Below, piece after piece: positions 9,003 to 16,711 of a stretch of 48,489 nucleotides of DNA. The stretch is from an uncultured bacterium. Lineage in GTDB: Bacteria; Patescibacteriota; Minisyncoccia; Phycocordibacterales; UBA9973. The stretch lies in contig CAIVBM010000033.1 of assembly GCA_903904195.1 (NCBI GenBank), forward strand, positions 1 through 48,489. The letters are read 5' to 3'. Below the pieces are notes generated by a model. The model made no database searches. It was not told where the DNA came from and saw only the letters and a list, made by a program, of their open reading frames with translations. A program made the position numbers and the translations under genes. Every line of letters begins with the position of its first letter. Within the stretch, counting starts at the first letter, position 1.

Positions 9003-9317
9003 TTAAATGGTTGGTGCTTTATATTCATTTATTTTTTGAATCATGTCAGGAGAAAGCATTTTAGGACTATTTACACCAAAAAAGAGTAAATACAACGAAA
9101 TACATATTGCAATAATTGCAAAACCCAAAAGCACGTATTCTGCTTGTTGCTGAGAAAGACCAGACCACTTCATCATAAGTCCTACAACTTTAGGAGCTTC
9201 AGAATCTTTTTCTACTTCAGCGACTTTTTGTGTCTGTTCAGCTTGATCTTTCGCTTCAAACTCTTTTAATGCCTGATCAATTTCAAAATTATCAGGTGTT
9301 TTTATTTCAGGTGGCAT
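9003..9317 (-). CDS. Hypothetical single-TM membrane protein co-oriented with the pilin
   Basis: ORF track. TM segment is YVLLGFAIIAICISLYLLFF. Start chosen at the ATG at 9317, 6 nt after TATAAT (9324-9329). The ATG at 9332 is an alternative. Confidence 0.5.
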   Translation of the reverse strand: MPPEIKTPDNFEIDQALKEFEAKDQAEQTQKVAEVEKDSEAPKVVGLMMKWSGLSQQQAEYVLLGFAIIAICISLYLLFFGVNSPKMLSPDMIQKINEYKAPTI

Positions 9318-9358
9318 ATGGATATTATACATTATTACTAAATAAAAAAACAACTAGA

Positions 9359-9385
9359 CAAAATCCCCTATTTGAGGGGATTTTG
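9359..9385 (-). terminator. Intrinsic terminator after rplE
   Basis: Minus strand CAAAATCCCCT-caaat-AGGGGATTTTG followed by a T-rich tract. Confidence 0.6.
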
Positions 9386-9394
9386 TTTTTAGAT

Positions 9395-9964
9395 TTATCT
9401 TTTTTTCTTTTCTTCTTCTTTCTTGAAAGGAATACCTAGGAGTTCAAAAAATGCTGTACCTTCTTTTTTATTCTTGGCTGTGCAAACGAGAGTAATGGAA
9501 AGACCAAAAACATCGCGTATGTCTTCATCGGCAGTTTCAGGGAAAATCGTATGCTCTTTTATACCGATAGTTAGATTTCCGATAACATCCACTGATTTAC
9601 GAGAGATGCCACGAAAGTCCTTTGTACGAGGGAGAGCGACATTGATAAGCTTTTCTAGAAAAGCATACATTCTGTTTCCACGAAGTGTAACCACTATTCC
9701 GATAGGATCGCCTTTTCTGGTTTTGAAAGACGCAATGGATTGTTTTGATCCTCTCAAAGCTCCTTTTTGTCCAGAAATTTTTGCTAGACGTAGAGCGATA
9801 GCATCATTCTTGTTCTTATCTTTTTTTACAGCAGTTCCTGTACCGACATTAAGAACAATCTTTTGCATTTTAGGCACAGCCATAACGTTCTTATAATGAA
9901 ACTCATTTTTCATTTTTTCAAAGGCTCCCTTTTCTCTTTCTTTTACTGTTGTGTATTTTGCCAT
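9395..9964 (-). CDS. rplE: 50S ribosomal protein L5
   Basis: VPKMQKIVLNVGTG and DFRGISRKSVDVIGNLTIGIKEHTIFPE motifs. Confidence 0.92.
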   Translation of the reverse strand: MAKYTTVKEREKGAFEKMKNEFHYKNVMAVPKMQKIVLNVGTGTAVKKDKNKNDAIALRLAKISGQKGALRGSKQSIASFKTRKGDPIGIVVTLRGNRMYAFLEKLINVALPRTKDFRGISRKSVDVIGNLTIGIKEHTIFPETADEDIRDVFGLSITLVCTAKNKKEGTAFFELLGIPFKKEEEKKKR

Positions 9965-9968
9965 AATT

Positions 9969-10187
9969 TTAATCTAATTTTTTAACGTTTGAAGCATCTA
10001 TCGGCATTTCTATGTCTTTCATACTGCCTTTTTCACCAGACTTTCTAGGATGCTGATGCTTTTTCATCATATTTGCACCTTCAACGATGACTTTATTTTC
10101 ACTAACCAAAACCTTAAGGACTTTACCTTTTTTACCTTTGTCTTTACCTGTGATTATTGTTATATTGTCTCCTTTTTTTATTTTCAT
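9969..10187 (-). CDS. rplX: 50S ribosomal protein L24 (short)
   Basis: MKIKKGDNITIITGKDKGKKGKVLKV KOW motif. Lies between rplN and rplE. Confidence 0.85.
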   Translation of the reverse strand: MKIKKGDNITIITGKDKGKKGKVLKVLVSENKVIVEGANMMKKHQHPRKSGEKGSMKDIEMPIDASNVKKLD

Positions 10188-10213
10188 AATTTTACGTAGC
10201 GTTAATCTCGTAG

Positions 10214-10585
10214 TTATATTACTTCTTGTGCCAAAGAAATTATCTTTTGGAATCCTTTTTCAGCAAGCTCTCTTGGAATTGGTCCGAATACACGTCCAGC
10301 TTTTGGATCCATTTTGCCTTTTTCAAGGAGAACTACGGCGTTATCATCAAAACGAATATAAGAACCATCATGTCTTCTAAAAGCGCTTCTGGTTCGTACT
10401 ATTACTGCTTGGTGCACATCCTTTTTCTTTACTCCCTTTCTTGGACTTGCGACCTTGACAGCAATAATGACTTGCTCACCCAAAGTAGCATATCTTTTCT
10501 TTGAAGATCCTAAAATCTTAAACACCTTACCCACGGTGCCTCCAGCGTTATCTGCAATTTTTACCCATGTTCCTGCTTGAATCAT
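10214..10585 (-). CDS. rplN: 50S ribosomal protein L14
   Basis: MIQAGTWVKIADNAGG and VIVRTRSAFRRHDGSYIRFDDNAVVLL. Confidence 0.95.
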   Translation of the reverse strand: MIQAGTWVKIADNAGGTVGKVFKILGSSKKRYATLGEQVIIAVKVASPRKGVKKKDVHQAVIVRTRSAFRRHDGSYIRFDDNAVVLLEKGKMDPKAGRVFGPIPRELAEKGFQKIISLAQEVI

Positions 10586-10589
10586 AAAA

Positions 10590-10859
10590 TTATTTTACTA
10601 CTTTAAAATGTTTCTCTTTTGAAATTGGTCTTGTTTCGACTATTTCTACATTGTCTCCGACTTTAAATTTATTTTCTTCATCATGCGCTTTGTATTTCTT
10701 GCTAACCTTGTAAAACTTTCCATACAAAGGATGTTGAATAAATCTGGAAACAGAAACAACGACGGTTTTATCCATCTTGTCGGAAACAACTACGCCCTTT
10801 AAGACGTTGCCTTTGTTTTCCTTAATTTCCGTATTCTTTTCTTGTATTTTCTTTGTCAT
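10590..10859 (-). CDS. rpsQ: 30S ribosomal protein S17
   Basis: [25 protein letters not shown] and [18 protein letters not shown]. Confidence 0.9.
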   Translation of the reverse strand: MTKKIQEKNTEIKENKGNVLKGVVVSDKMDKTVVVSVSRFIQHPLYGKFYKVSKKYKAHDEENKFKVGDNVEIVETRPISKEKHFKVVK

Positions 10860-10888
10860 ATATTCTTTAAAACTTTATTTATAACTTT

Positions 10889-11080
10889 TTACTTTTTTCG
10901 GTTTAATTCTGTCATTATGCGGGCTATTTGTTTACGCAAAGTGGAAACTTCTTTGACGTTTTTTGATTTTGAGCCTTCAGCTTTAAATCTAATAACTCTC
11001 GCATTTTTCTGTAAAGTTGCAAGCTCTTTCTTGAGCTCGGACTCTTTCATATTTTTAAAATTTTCTTTCTTGTTTTTCAT
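10889..11080 (-). CDS. rpmC: 50S ribosomal protein L29
   Basis: Helical 63-aa protein between rplP and rpsQ (LKKELATLQKNARVIRF, RKQIARIMT). Confidence 0.85.
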   Translation of the reverse strand: MKNKKENFKNMKESELKKELATLQKNARVIRFKAEGSKSKNVKEVSTLRKQIARIMTELNRKK

Positions 11081-11088
11081 AAATATCT

Positions 11089-11517
11089 TTATTGTTTATG
11101 AGCTCTCCCGACGATTCTCACAGAAATAGGCAATTTACTGCCAGCTTTTCGTAAAGCTTCGTGAGCTATCTTTTCATCTACGCCATCCACTTCAAAAATA
11201 ATACGTCCTGGAAAAACATCAAAGCAATATCCCTGAGGATCTCCCTTTCCCTTTCCCATTCCCATCTCTGGAGGCTTTGAAGTATATGGTCTGTCTGGGA
11301 AAATACGAATCCAGTATTTACCAGCCTTGGTAAGGGTGCGGGCGATGACTTTTCGGGCAGCTTCAATCTGCACAGATCTAACTCGTGCTTGAGAAGTAGA
11401 CTTGAGACCATAGGAACCGAAAGAAAGCTTTGAACCACGAGTGTCCGGTGTCTTTGCCTTTTGATTCATTCGGCCTGTTTGCCATTTTCTAAATTTTACT
11501 TTTTTTGGTACTAACAT
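11089..11517 (-). CDS. rplP: 50S ribosomal protein L16
   Basis: MLVPKKVKFRKWQTGR, IEAARKVIAR and MGKGKGDPQGY. Confidence 0.95.
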   Translation of the reverse strand: MLVPKKVKFRKWQTGRMNQKAKTPDTRGSKLSFGSYGLKSTSQARVRSVQIEAARKVIARTLTKAGKYWIRIFPDRPYTSKPPEMGMGKGKGDPQGYCFDVFPGRIIFEVDGVDEKIAHEALRKAGSKLPISVRIVGRAHKQ

Positions 11518-11533
11518 ATATTTTAAATATTAT

Positions 11534-12247
11534 TTAATCTGTCTTTTCTTCTTTTTTATTATTTGCTCCTTCAGGAGAATGTGCAGCCTTTTTATCAGCG
11601 AAAATCTTTCCGCGATAAATCCAAACCTTTACGCCGACAACTCCATAAGACAAAGTAGCGCGTTCTCGTTTGAAATCTATGTCTGCTCGGAAAGTCTGAA
11701 GTGGAATACTTCCGCGTTTTAATTCTTCTGTGCGAGCTATTTCAGCTCCACCGAGTCTACCTGAAAGAACGACTCTCGCTCCTTCTACGCCTCGTGCTTG
11801 CATAACTTTTTCAATAATCGTTTTGATGACACGACGATAAGGCATTCTCTTTTCTAATCCTTCGGCAATCATATATGCCACGATAGCAGCATCAGCTTCT
11901 GGATTTGAAATTTCTACTATTTCAAGCTTGAAATCTTCTGGTCTTGGAAGTTTTAGCTTGTCCATTTTCTTTAAGATTTCTTCTTTTAACTTTGTTGCGC
12001 CTTCACCATTTCGGCCAATAATAAGACCTGGGCGAGAAGTTTTTATGATAAATCTGGTAGCTTTTCTGCTTCTTTCAATCTCAATAGTAGAGACATACAT
12101 ACCACGCAATTTCTTTTCTAAATACTGACGAATTAAAACATCACCTTTTAGATAAGCGACGTACTTTTTAGGATCAGCAAACCAGCGAGACTTCCAGTCT
12201 CTTAATATTATCAATCTATGCGCGTATGGATGTACTATTTTTGACAT
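11534..12247 (-). CDS. rpsC: 30S ribosomal protein S3
   Basis: KH-domain and C-terminal motifs (GLIIGRNGEG, SGRLGGAEIARTE, GVVGVKVWIY). Confidence 0.95.
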   Translation of the reverse strand: MSKIVHPYAHRLIILRDWKSRWFADPKKYVAYLKGDVLIRQYLEKKLRGMYVSTIEIERSRKATRFIIKTSRPGLIIGRNGEGATKLKEEILKKMDKLKLPRPEDFKLEIVEISNPEADAAIVAYMIAEGLEKRMPYRRVIKTIIEKVMQARGVEGARVVLSGRLGGAEIARTEELKRGSIPLQTFRADIDFKRERATLSYGVVGVKVWIYRGKIFADKKAAHSPEGANNKKEEKTD

Positions 12248-12271
12248 TTTGTTTTTATAAAATATTCTAAA

Positions 12272-12664
12272 TTACTTTTTTGCTTTTGTTTTTGCCTTTA
12301 CCTTCTTTTCAACCTTTGGTTGAGACTTTTTAACAACCACAACTTTCTCTGCTAAAAGAATACTCAAATGACTCGTGCGCTTGTTTATCCTGTGTCCTGT
12401 ACCCATGGCTGCAGGCATCATTCTTTTCATAGTTATGCCTTTGTCTACTCGTAATTCTTTTATAAATAAATTATTTTCATCAATACCCATTGATTTTGCA
12501 TTTGCAACAGCAGAAAGTAAAAGCTTTTTGATAGGAAGACTAGCTCGCTTTGGAAGAAATTCAAGCTCGGCAATAGCTTGCGCCACTGTCTTGCCTTTTA
12601 CGAGTCCTGCGACTAATCGTACCTTTCGAGGAGCCTGTCTGTAATTTTTTAAAAATGCTTTCAT
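12272..12664 (-). CDS. rplV: 50S ribosomal protein L22
   Basis: RQAPRKVRLVAGLVKGKTVAQAIAELEF and RINKRTSHLSILL. Confidence 0.9.
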   Translation of the reverse strand: MKAFLKNYRQAPRKVRLVAGLVKGKTVAQAIAELEFLPKRASLPIKKLLLSAVANAKSMGIDENNLFIKELRVDKGITMKRMMPAAMGTGHRINKRTSHLSILLAEKVVVVKKSQPKVEKKVKAKTKAKK

Positions 12665-12666
12665 GA

Positions 12667-13026
12667 TTATTTTTTAGCTGCGCCTCCTTTTGCATCAGCT
12701 GCGGCTGCAGTCGCTCCTTTTGCAGCATTAATTTCGGCTTCCGCCTTCTTTTGTTCAAGCTCTTTCTGCATCTTACCTCCGTGCTTTGTGAATTTCTTGG
12801 TTGGAGAAAATTCTCCTAGTCTGTGACCCACCATGTCTTCGGTGACTAACACATCTATATGAACTTTTCCATTATAAACACCAAAAGTAAAACCGAGCAT
12901 CTCGGGAGATATGACACAAGCCCTCTTCCATGTCTTGATGGTAGGAGTTTGCAACGGATTTTTACCAGCAATCTTTTTTAAGAGCCTTTCATCTACGAAT
13001 ATTCCTTTTTTGATTGATCTTGTCAT
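12667..13026 (-). CDS. rpsS: 30S ribosomal protein S19 with an Ala/Lys-rich C-terminal tail
   Basis: MTRSIKKGIFVD, FGVYNGK and GHRLGEFSPTKKFTKHG. Confidence 0.9.
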   Translation of the reverse strand: MTRSIKKGIFVDERLLKKIAGKNPLQTPTIKTWKRACVISPEMLGFTFGVYNGKVHIDVLVTEDMVGHRLGEFSPTKKFTKHGGKMQKELEQKKAEAEINAAKGATAAAADAKGGAAKK

Positions 13027-13054
13027 GATTTATGTCCTTTCAATAGTAAACAAA

Positions 13055-13071
13055 AAGCTCGAATCGAGCTT
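13055..13071 (-). promoter_or_regulatory. Palindromic hairpin plus U-tract in the rpsS leader (possible attenuator)
   Basis: AAGCTCGA-t-TCGAGCTT followed by TTTTGTTT. It lies between the rpsS promoter and the rpsS start. Confidence 0.35.
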
Positions 13072-13077
13072 GGTTTT

Positions 13078-13105
13078 ATATTAGCAAATAAGAGTAAAAT
13101 GTCAA
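13078..13105 (-). promoter_or_regulatory. Promoter TTGACA-16-(TGc)TAATAT restarting rpsS-rplV...
   Basis: Reverse complement of 13100-13105 is TTGACA and of 13078-13083 is TAATAT, preceded by ATTTGC. Confidence 0.55.
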
Positions 13106-13130
13106 ACCCAAACGCTTATAAAAAAGTTTG

Positions 13131-13158
13131 GGGTGGGCCGCGCGTACGCGACCCACCC
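13131..13158 (-). terminator. GC-rich hairpin terminator closing island A
   Basis: GGGTGGG-ccgcgcgtacgcga-CCCACCC, followed on the minus strand by CCAAACTTTTTTAT. Confidence 0.55.
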
Positions 13159-13350
13159 TCACTCTAAAGATACGTCTTCTCCTTGGCTTACTGCTCTTCT
13201 TGATCTCCTTGATTCAGAAGATGCTTGGCACATTCCCGTCGGCCAGCTCTCCTGTTTCTGCGAACACTCCTCCACTTCACTTTCTTCTCGTAGTCCACTG
13301 CTCTCCTTTTGTTTGAGGCATTTTATATGCCCGTAGTTTACTGCGACTCA

Positions 13351-13560
13351 CTACTTCACTGAACGTATCGTAAGACAGCTACCACTCTTGAGCCTGCTGA
13401 TTTTGGGATTGTAGTGACCCAAGAAATAGAGCAACTCTTTTAGAGTAAACGAGCCGTCACTCTGAACTACGAGCTCGTTTGTCCTACGAAATGTAGCTTT
13501 TTTTATATTGCTACATGCCATACCACTATCACCTCCCTTGGTAAAGGGTGAATGTGTCAC
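13351..13560 (-). CDS. Island A small ORF, 69 aa, unknown function
   Basis: ORF track. The GTG start overlaps the stop of the upstream 29-aa ORF (GTGA), suggesting translational coupling. GC-rich composition. Confidence 0.4.
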   Translation of the reverse strand: MTHSPFTKGGDSGMACSNIKKATFRRTNELVVQSDGSFTLKELLYFLGHYNPKISRLKSGSCLTIRSVK

Positions 13561-13646
13561 TTCTTGACGCCTTTTCTTCTCTCGGCGTCAGCAGCTTTTC
13601 GAGCATCTTCTTTCGCCCGAATTTCATGAGCTCTACGTCTTGTCAT
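13557..13646 (-). CDS. Island A small ORF, 29 aa, Arg/Lys-rich (MTRRRAHEIRAKEDARKAADAERRKGVKK)
   Basis: ATG at 13646 is preceded by AAAGGAG with a 6-nt spacer. Too short for the ORF track, so translated by hand. Confidence 0.35.
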   Translation of the reverse strand: MTRRRAHEIRAKEDARKAADAERRKGVKK

Positions 13647-13707
13647 CGAAGAACACTCCTTTCTTTGTTTCTGTGAACTACCTCATGCAGTCCACTTTTC
13701 TCCTATG

Positions 13708-13736
13708 TTTATACCACATAATAAAAAATAACACAA
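13708..13736 (-). promoter_or_regulatory. Putative island A promoter TTGTGT-17-(TGg)TATAAA
   Basis: Reverse complement of 13731-13736 is TTGTGT and of 13708-13713 is TATAAA, with TGg just upstream. Confidence 0.35.
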
Positions 13737-13765
13737 CAACAAGATAAAAGGTGTATAAACAAAAA

Positions 13766-13786
13766 TACGGAGGCAACGCCTCTGTA
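13766..13786 (-). terminator. Terminator-like hairpin directly after rplB
   Basis: Minus strand TACaGAGGC-gtt-GCCTCcGTA followed by TTTTTGTTT. Confidence 0.5.
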
Positions 13787-13797
13787 TTTTTTAATTT

Positions 13798-14637
13798 TTA
13801 TTTATTCTTTCCAGTCTTTCGGCGGGAAACGATGAATACGTTTGAGTATCTCTTTGGACCGCGGGTCTTTCTGCCTCCGGTGACTTTACCCCACATAGTC
13901 TTTGGACGCTTTGTTCCACGGCCTTGTCTGCCTTCTCCTCCTCCGTATGGATGGTCTACTGGGTTCATAGCAGTACCACGAACTGTAGGACGAATTCCCT
14001 TCCAGCGAGTTCTACCAGCCTTACCCCAATTTTCCAAATGATGTTCGTCGTTTGAAACAGTACCTACGCATGCCCAGCAATTTTCATTTATTTTGCGAAC
14101 TTCGGTTGAAGGCATCTTGAGGTTTGTGTATCCCTCTGCATTTGCCACTACTTGAGCGAAAATTCCTGCAGAACGGCCGATCTTGGCTCCACCGTTTGGT
14201 TGGATTTCAATATTGTAAACAAAAGTACCGACTGGAATTTCTTTCAAAGGAAGTCTATTGCCAGCTGTCAAAGGAGCTTTTGCAGAAACGATGAAAGTGT
14301 CTCCTGGTTTTACAGATTTAGGTAAAACGACATATCTCTTTTCTCCATCTTTGTAAATCGCCAAGCCGATAAAAGCAGAACGGTTTGGATCGTATTCCAC
14401 AGATTTTATTGTAGCTCCTATTTCTTTCTTGTTATATGCAAAATCCACATCTCGATAAAGTCTCTTGTGACCTGCACCCTTGTGGCGGACAGTAATACGT
14501 CCAGCACTATTTCTACCGACTCTTCGGTAAAAACCATGGGTCAAAGACTTGGTAGGTTCTGTGTGCGACAAAAGTTCCCTGTATGGGATGTGACTCATCT
14601 GTCTTCGTGATTTACTTGTAGGTTTGTATGTTTTCAT
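13798..14637 (-). CDS. rplB: 50S ribosomal protein L2
   Basis: GRNSAGRITVRHKGAGHKR and NPVDHPYGGGEGR motifs. Confidence 0.96.
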   Translation of the reverse strand: MKTYKPTSKSRRQMSHIPYRELLSHTEPTKSLTHGFYRRVGRNSAGRITVRHKGAGHKRLYRDVDFAYNKKEIGATIKSVEYDPNRSAFIGLAIYKDGEKRYVVLPKSVKPGDTFIVSAKAPLTAGNRLPLKEIPVGTFVYNIEIQPNGGAKIGRSAGIFAQVVANAEGYTNLKMPSTEVRKINENCWACVGTVSNDEHHLENWGKAGRTRWKGIRPTVRGTAMNPVDHPYGGGEGRQGRGTKRPKTMWGKVTGGRKTRGPKRYSNVFIVSRRKTGKNK

Positions 14638-14651
14638 ACTGTTTTTAAAAA

Positions 14652-14921
14652 TTAAACAAATTCTATTTTATCTCCCTTTTTTAAATATACTAAAGCCTTT
14701 CTACCTCCGCCCTTTACGCCAGCCTTACCTCTAGAAAAAACATTCTTTTTTGGCACTGGTAATACGTTTACTCGGATTGGTTTTACATTATAAAGAGCAA
14801 AAATGGCTTTCTTTATTTCTGTCTTATTTGCCCCTTCCAAAATATCAAAAGTGTAAACATTTTGCTCTTGCGCAAAAGATGCTTTCTCAGTAATTCTTGG
14901 ATTTTTAATCACGTCTATCAT
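14652..14921 (-). CDS. rplW: 50S ribosomal protein L23
   Basis: Lies between rplD and rplB. ITEKA, FDILEGANKTEIKKAI and KKALVYLKKGDKIE. Confidence 0.9.
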   Translation of the reverse strand: MIDVIKNPRITEKASFAQEQNVYTFDILEGANKTEIKKAIFALYNVKPIRVNVLPVPKKNVFSRGKAGVKGGGRKALVYLKKGDKIEFV

Positions 14922-14925
14922 AAAA

Positions 14926-15618
14926 TTAACCTCTAGATTCTAAGAATTTCACACTTTCGACCGGATTTTCTATCAAAAGATACTTATAATTCAAAACATC
15001 AAACGGATTTAAATTTTTCAAAAATACTATTTCCAACTGTGGAATATTTCTGAAACTTTTTTCTGTCTTTTCATCTCGTCCAAAAATAGCAGTGAGCACA
15101 CGAGGCTTTTTGCTAGCATCTACAATCTTCCAATCAGAAACTTTCTTTAAATTATTTACTACTTTCACAGCATCAGCAGTCTTGATGGAAGGCATAGCGA
15201 GTGTATCAATAAAAATGATTTCTCCATCTTTTAACTTTTTTGAAAGAACAGAAAAGAGGGCTTGTGCGCGCATTGTCTTGCTTATTTTTCTCTTGTAATT
15301 CTTGTCAGAAAGAGGACCATGAGTGACACCTCCACCCACCCAAATAGGGCTACGAGATGATCCATGACGAGCTTGTCCAGTACCCTTTTGTTTCCAAGGC
15401 TTTTTACCTCCACCACGAACTTCACCTCTGTCTTTGGTGTCGGCTGTACCTGCGCGTTTGTTACTGCGCATGCTCTGCACGACTTGGTGAACCAAATCGC
15501 TTCTCCACTTTGCGCCAAAAACTTTCTCTGGAAGATCTATCGTTCCCTTTTCCTTTCCTTTTTGATCGTATATTTTAACGCTGATTTTATTTGTTTTTTC
15601 TTGTATTTTTGCTTCCAT
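14926..15618 (-). CDS. rplD: 50S ribosomal protein L4
   Basis: GGGKKPWKQKGTGQARHGSSRSPIWVGGGVTHGP motif. Confidence 0.93.
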   Translation of the reverse strand: MEAKIQEKTNKISVKIYDQKGKEKGTIDLPEKVFGAKWRSDLVHQVVQSMRSNKRAGTADTKDRGEVRGGGKKPWKQKGTGQARHGSSRSPIWVGGGVTHGPLSDKNYKRKISKTMRAQALFSVLSKKLKDGEIIFIDTLAMPSIKTADAVKVVNNLKKVSDWKIVDASKKPRVLTAIFGRDEKTEKSFRNIPQLEIVFLKNLNPFDVLNYKYLLIENPVESVKFLESRG

Positions 15619-15632
15619 TTTATTTATCTAAA

Positions 15633-16247
15633 TTATCTACTGACTATTTCAACCAAACTACCACGCTTGCCTGCTATCGCTCCTTTTACAAGCATAATGT
15701 TGTTTTCTTTGTCTACGGAAACGACTTTTAAATTTTTCTGTGTAATACGATCGCTACCCATTCTACCTGCCATTCTCATGCCTTTAGGAACGTGAGTTCG
15801 GAGTCCTCCTCCGATACTTCCTGGCTCTCTTTCAGAATGTTTTTGACCGTGAGTACGTGGACCGCCGTGGAAACCATGGCGCTTTACAACACCTTGGAAA
15901 CCCTTACCTTTGGAAACGCTTGAAACTTGAAGCATATCACCAGGAGCAAAAGAAGAAACATCAATAACATCACCTTCTTTTGCAGTCACCTTATCAATAG
16001 GCTTTAATCTAAATTCTTTGAGAGTTTTGTAGAAAGCACCTTTCATAGCACCAGCGCTTCCCTTACTGATTCTTTCTTTTTTCTGAGTACCAAAACCTAC
16101 TTGGATAGAATTGTAACCATCTTTTTCTTTAGAAAATACTCTAGTCACTGTCACAGGTCCAGCGGAAAGAATAGTCACAGGAACAACTGCTCCGTCTTCT
16201 CCGAAGAATTCTGTCATATTTTGTTTTGTGGCTAAAATGAATTTCAT
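15633..16247 (-). CDS. rplC: 50S ribosomal protein L3
   Basis: SKGKGFQGVVKRHGFHGGPRTHGQKHSEREPGSIG motif. Confidence 0.95.
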   Translation of the reverse strand: MKFILATKQNMTEFFGEDGAVVPVTILSAGPVTVTRVFSKEKDGYNSIQVGFGTQKKERISKGSAGAMKGAFYKTLKEFRLKPIDKVTAKEGDVIDVSSFAPGDMLQVSSVSKGKGFQGVVKRHGFHGGPRTHGQKHSEREPGSIGGGLRTHVPKGMRMAGRMGSDRITQKNLKVVSVDKENNIMLVKGAIAGKRGSLVEIVSR

Positions 16248-16253
16248 AAATTT

Positions 16254-16688
16254 CTATAGCATCTTTACGTCAATATCTACACCGGAAGGCAAAGACAAAT
16301 TAGTAAGAGCCTCGATGGTCTTTGCATTTGGATTTATGATATCAATCAATCTCTTGTGGACGCGAATTTCAAATTGTTCTCGCGTATTTTTGTAAATAAA
16401 CGCAGAACGATTGACTGTGTATTTTTTGATTTCAGTAGGCAATGGCACAGGTCCGACTATTGTCGCATCGTGACGCATAGCAGTATCCATGATCTGCTTG
16501 ACTGAGCTATCTAGAATCTTACTCTCGTAAGCTCGCACACGTATACGCAATATAACCCGACCTTCCTCTTTAGAGACAGGCTTGTCTTTTTTAGCAGAGA
16601 CTTTTGTCTTCGGAACTTTAACAGCTTTAACTGTTGTTGCAGTTTTCGCCACTTTAGGCTTTTTGATTTTTGTCTCTGTTGTTGTCAT
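16254..16688 (-). CDS. rpsJ: 30S ribosomal protein S10, apparently with a ~45-aa Lys/Thr/Val-rich N-terminal extension
   Basis: The core ILRIRVRAYESKILDSS...GPVPLPT...VDIDVKML is canonical S10. There is no internal ATG before the core. A TTG at about codon 48 with an upstream GAGGAAGG is an alternative start. Confidence 0.85.
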   Translation of the reverse strand: MTTTETKIKKPKVAKTATTVKAVKVPKTKVSAKKDKPVSKEEGRVILRIRVRAYESKILDSSVKQIMDTAMRHDATIVGPVPLPTEIKKYTVNRSAFIYKNTREQFEIRVHKRLIDIINPNAKTIEALTNLSLPSGVDIDVKML

Positions 16689-16711
16689 TGAACTACTTTA
16701 AATTAAAATTT

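Noticed and set aside
9423-9896. Long plus-strand ORFs antisense to known genes, for example 9423-9896 in rplE, 15364-15795 in rplD/rplC, 20035-20418 and 20791-21147 in fusA, 33172-33681 in tsaC and 23660-24010
   Set aside because: Each lies entirely inside a confidently identified minus-strand gene. Their products are low-complexity with no motifs, so they are shadow ORFs.
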